Part shown: positions 1-64,000 of the stretch, piece by piece
How positions within the stretch are numbered: the first letter of the stretch is position 1
How the letters are laid out: each line of letters opens with the position of its first letter
Source of the DNA: Eledone cirrhosa
Lineage: Eukaryota
Reading direction: 5' to 3'
DNA length: 64,000 bases
Assembly: GCA_964016885.1 (NCBI GenBank)
Contig: OZ024741.1
Location: 70,618,001 to 70,682,000, forward strand
Made by a program: the position numbers and the translations under genes
Notes under the pieces: model-generated
What the model was told of the DNA's origin: nothing
Database searches by the model: none
Seen by the model: the letters and a program-made list of their open reading frames with translations, nothing else

Positions 1-1543
1 CCTAAGAGATGTCTGACAAATCATATCTGGACAATTTATAATTAGATAACAGATACCATGGAAATAGGTATAACAGCTATGATGTAATAAATAAAATGTG
101 GTGTAATATAATCTCATTGCCTTCTACTTCATTATATTTATATATATATAAGCCAAAATCAGTCCTGCGTGAGCGGAACACGGTCCTCCGACCTTATCTC
201 TCACAAAGGGTCAGCCCATCCTACCCATGCTTGCATGGAAAATGGACGTTAAACAATGATGATGATATGAAAGTATGTTTAGAAAACAGCAATCAAAGTT
301 TGAAAATTGAAATAGAAATGGAAGGCTTCGGCATAATATTTGACTAAATATTATAGTCTAATAATGAGGTGTATAAACCCACTGAATGAAAAAAGAGGGG
401 TATCAGCACACATATATATGTATATGAAGCAGAAGTTGGACTTGAAAGCCCTGTGAAAGGCTTCATGGTCATCACAGTGTTCTTTTTGAAACAATGTTCT
501 ATAGCCCGATTTCTGGTCTCATGGTTATGACCCTCACCACAGTCTGCATTCTGACAGTTCATATACATTGATTGTTAAGTAAATAATATATTACCAAAGC
601 TCTGATAAAAACTTTAACCCTTTTGATTTTAAACCTTCTGTAACTGCCCTTGATTCTATGATGTGAACCTACTTGTTTTAAAATGCTTATATTTATCTAA
701 AAGCTTTCCATCATAATTTTTTGTAAGAAAAGAACCATTGTTAAGGTTTGCCCCAAACACCAGTTTAGTAATGAAAAAGTTAGATATATTAAATCCTTCT
801 AACTACTCGATTATTTTCAAAATTATTTCATAATTATAGGCAGTCGTTCATGAGATATGCATTTAAACAGTGTTGATGTTTAGCACTATATTCATGGTAT
901 TGAAGGGACAAGAGATACCTATCACTCTTGTATAAGGTATTAATCTATTATATTCTCATATGATCTGGCATCTATTCCTAAGTTAAGAGGAACTGATGTT
1001 TGCTAGTTTTTAGTGTTGGTTGTTCTTCAAGACTACGGAATAACATAAAAGAATTAAAGAAATAATAATTATTGATTTATAACATCAATGGTAAGAGACA
1101 GTGAGTTAGTATGGATGAGTACACCAAAGTGCCATGTATGTAGTAGACCCAGCCAACCTATGTTAGCATGTAAAAACATATATGAAATTGATGATGAATA
1201 GGAAAAATGATATTGATGATGATACCACTATCACTCTGTGATAGAGTAAACAAGGGATAACAATGTATGACAAAGTACCAGCTGTTCTCTGATAGATCTT
1301 TCATTAAATCCAGGGCAGTGGAAATATCTGGCATCCTGGGCTCTCAAACCACCTACCGGCTTACTCCAATCAGGACGGAGATGACCATTCACTGATTCAG
1401 TGAATCTTTCTTGCTATTCCCCTGGTCAATGTATTTGCCATTCTGTCCACTAGCACCATGAAATGACAACACTGTAATAGATACAAATTACAACATAATT
1501 CCAATCATATTCAACAATATAAGATTTATTGCAATGATAATGT

Positions 1544-1791
1544 TTAACTCTTTTGATATCAGCCCCACTAAAACTGCCAATGGTTCCGTGATATAAAACT
1601 ACTCATTTTATTCAAATTAAAACCTATTATAAATTAATATGACACTTTTATTACATTATGTTCAAATCACCAGCTAATTAATTACAAAGTTGGTTTATTT
1701 TACTAAATTACATCAAATTATTGATTATTATCAAAATCAATTGAAACAAAAGTAGAGTATTTCATCAGAAATATAGTAACAAAATAGTTAA
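1544..1791 (+). mobile_element. older TTAA-flanked MITE family 2
   Basis: ttaactcttttgatatc...gtaacaaaatagttaa; related pieces at about 614, 37317, 48100, 48388-48596 and 59810-59933(-). Confidence 0.55.
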
Positions 1792-1818
1792 AAGATATTG
1801 CATTTCATTTTATTGTAG

Positions 1819-63877
<62,059 letters not shown>

Positions 63878-64000
63878 GCGAGTTACTTTTATTTCTATTT
63901 TTGACTGGGTGGTTAAGAAGTTTACTTTGCAATCATAAGATCTTAGGTTTGATCCCACTGCATGGCATCTTGGCCACTTTTGTTATATATTGTCCTGCAG

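Overview
This is AT-rich, microsatellite-rich animal genomic DNA, not prokaryotic. The repeat landscape suggests an octopus or other cephalopod, but that is inference. The whole window is the middle of one + strand gene for a laminin alpha chain of the alpha3/5 (Drosophila LanA / C. elegans epi-1) type. I traced 31 exons (1819-63877; 4069 nt, about 1356 codons) with consistent splice phases. They encode the end of the large LF globular domain, LE repeats, the L4/laminin-B domain, more LE repeats and the start of the coiled coil; both ends of the gene lie outside the window. The introns are dense with mobile DNA: two 5'-truncated RTE LINEs whose RT carries an inserted PHD-type finger, plus RTE, CR1 and CRE scraps, a Naiad-type Penelope-like GIY-YIG fragment, tandem non-autonomous Helitrons, an Hsmar2-like mariner, a Chapaev3-like remnant, hAT/Tc2/piggyBac-type MITEs and two tRNA-derived SINE families. 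The most notable signals are two sense-strand type I hammerhead ribozyme folds inside laminin introns. One has an intact core and sits in a non-coding element embedded in (TA)n; the other is in the Penelope-like 3' end. Also notable are several long fold-back structures and a probable GC-AG intron. All element family calls come from motif recognition, not database searches, and most repeat boundaries are approximate.
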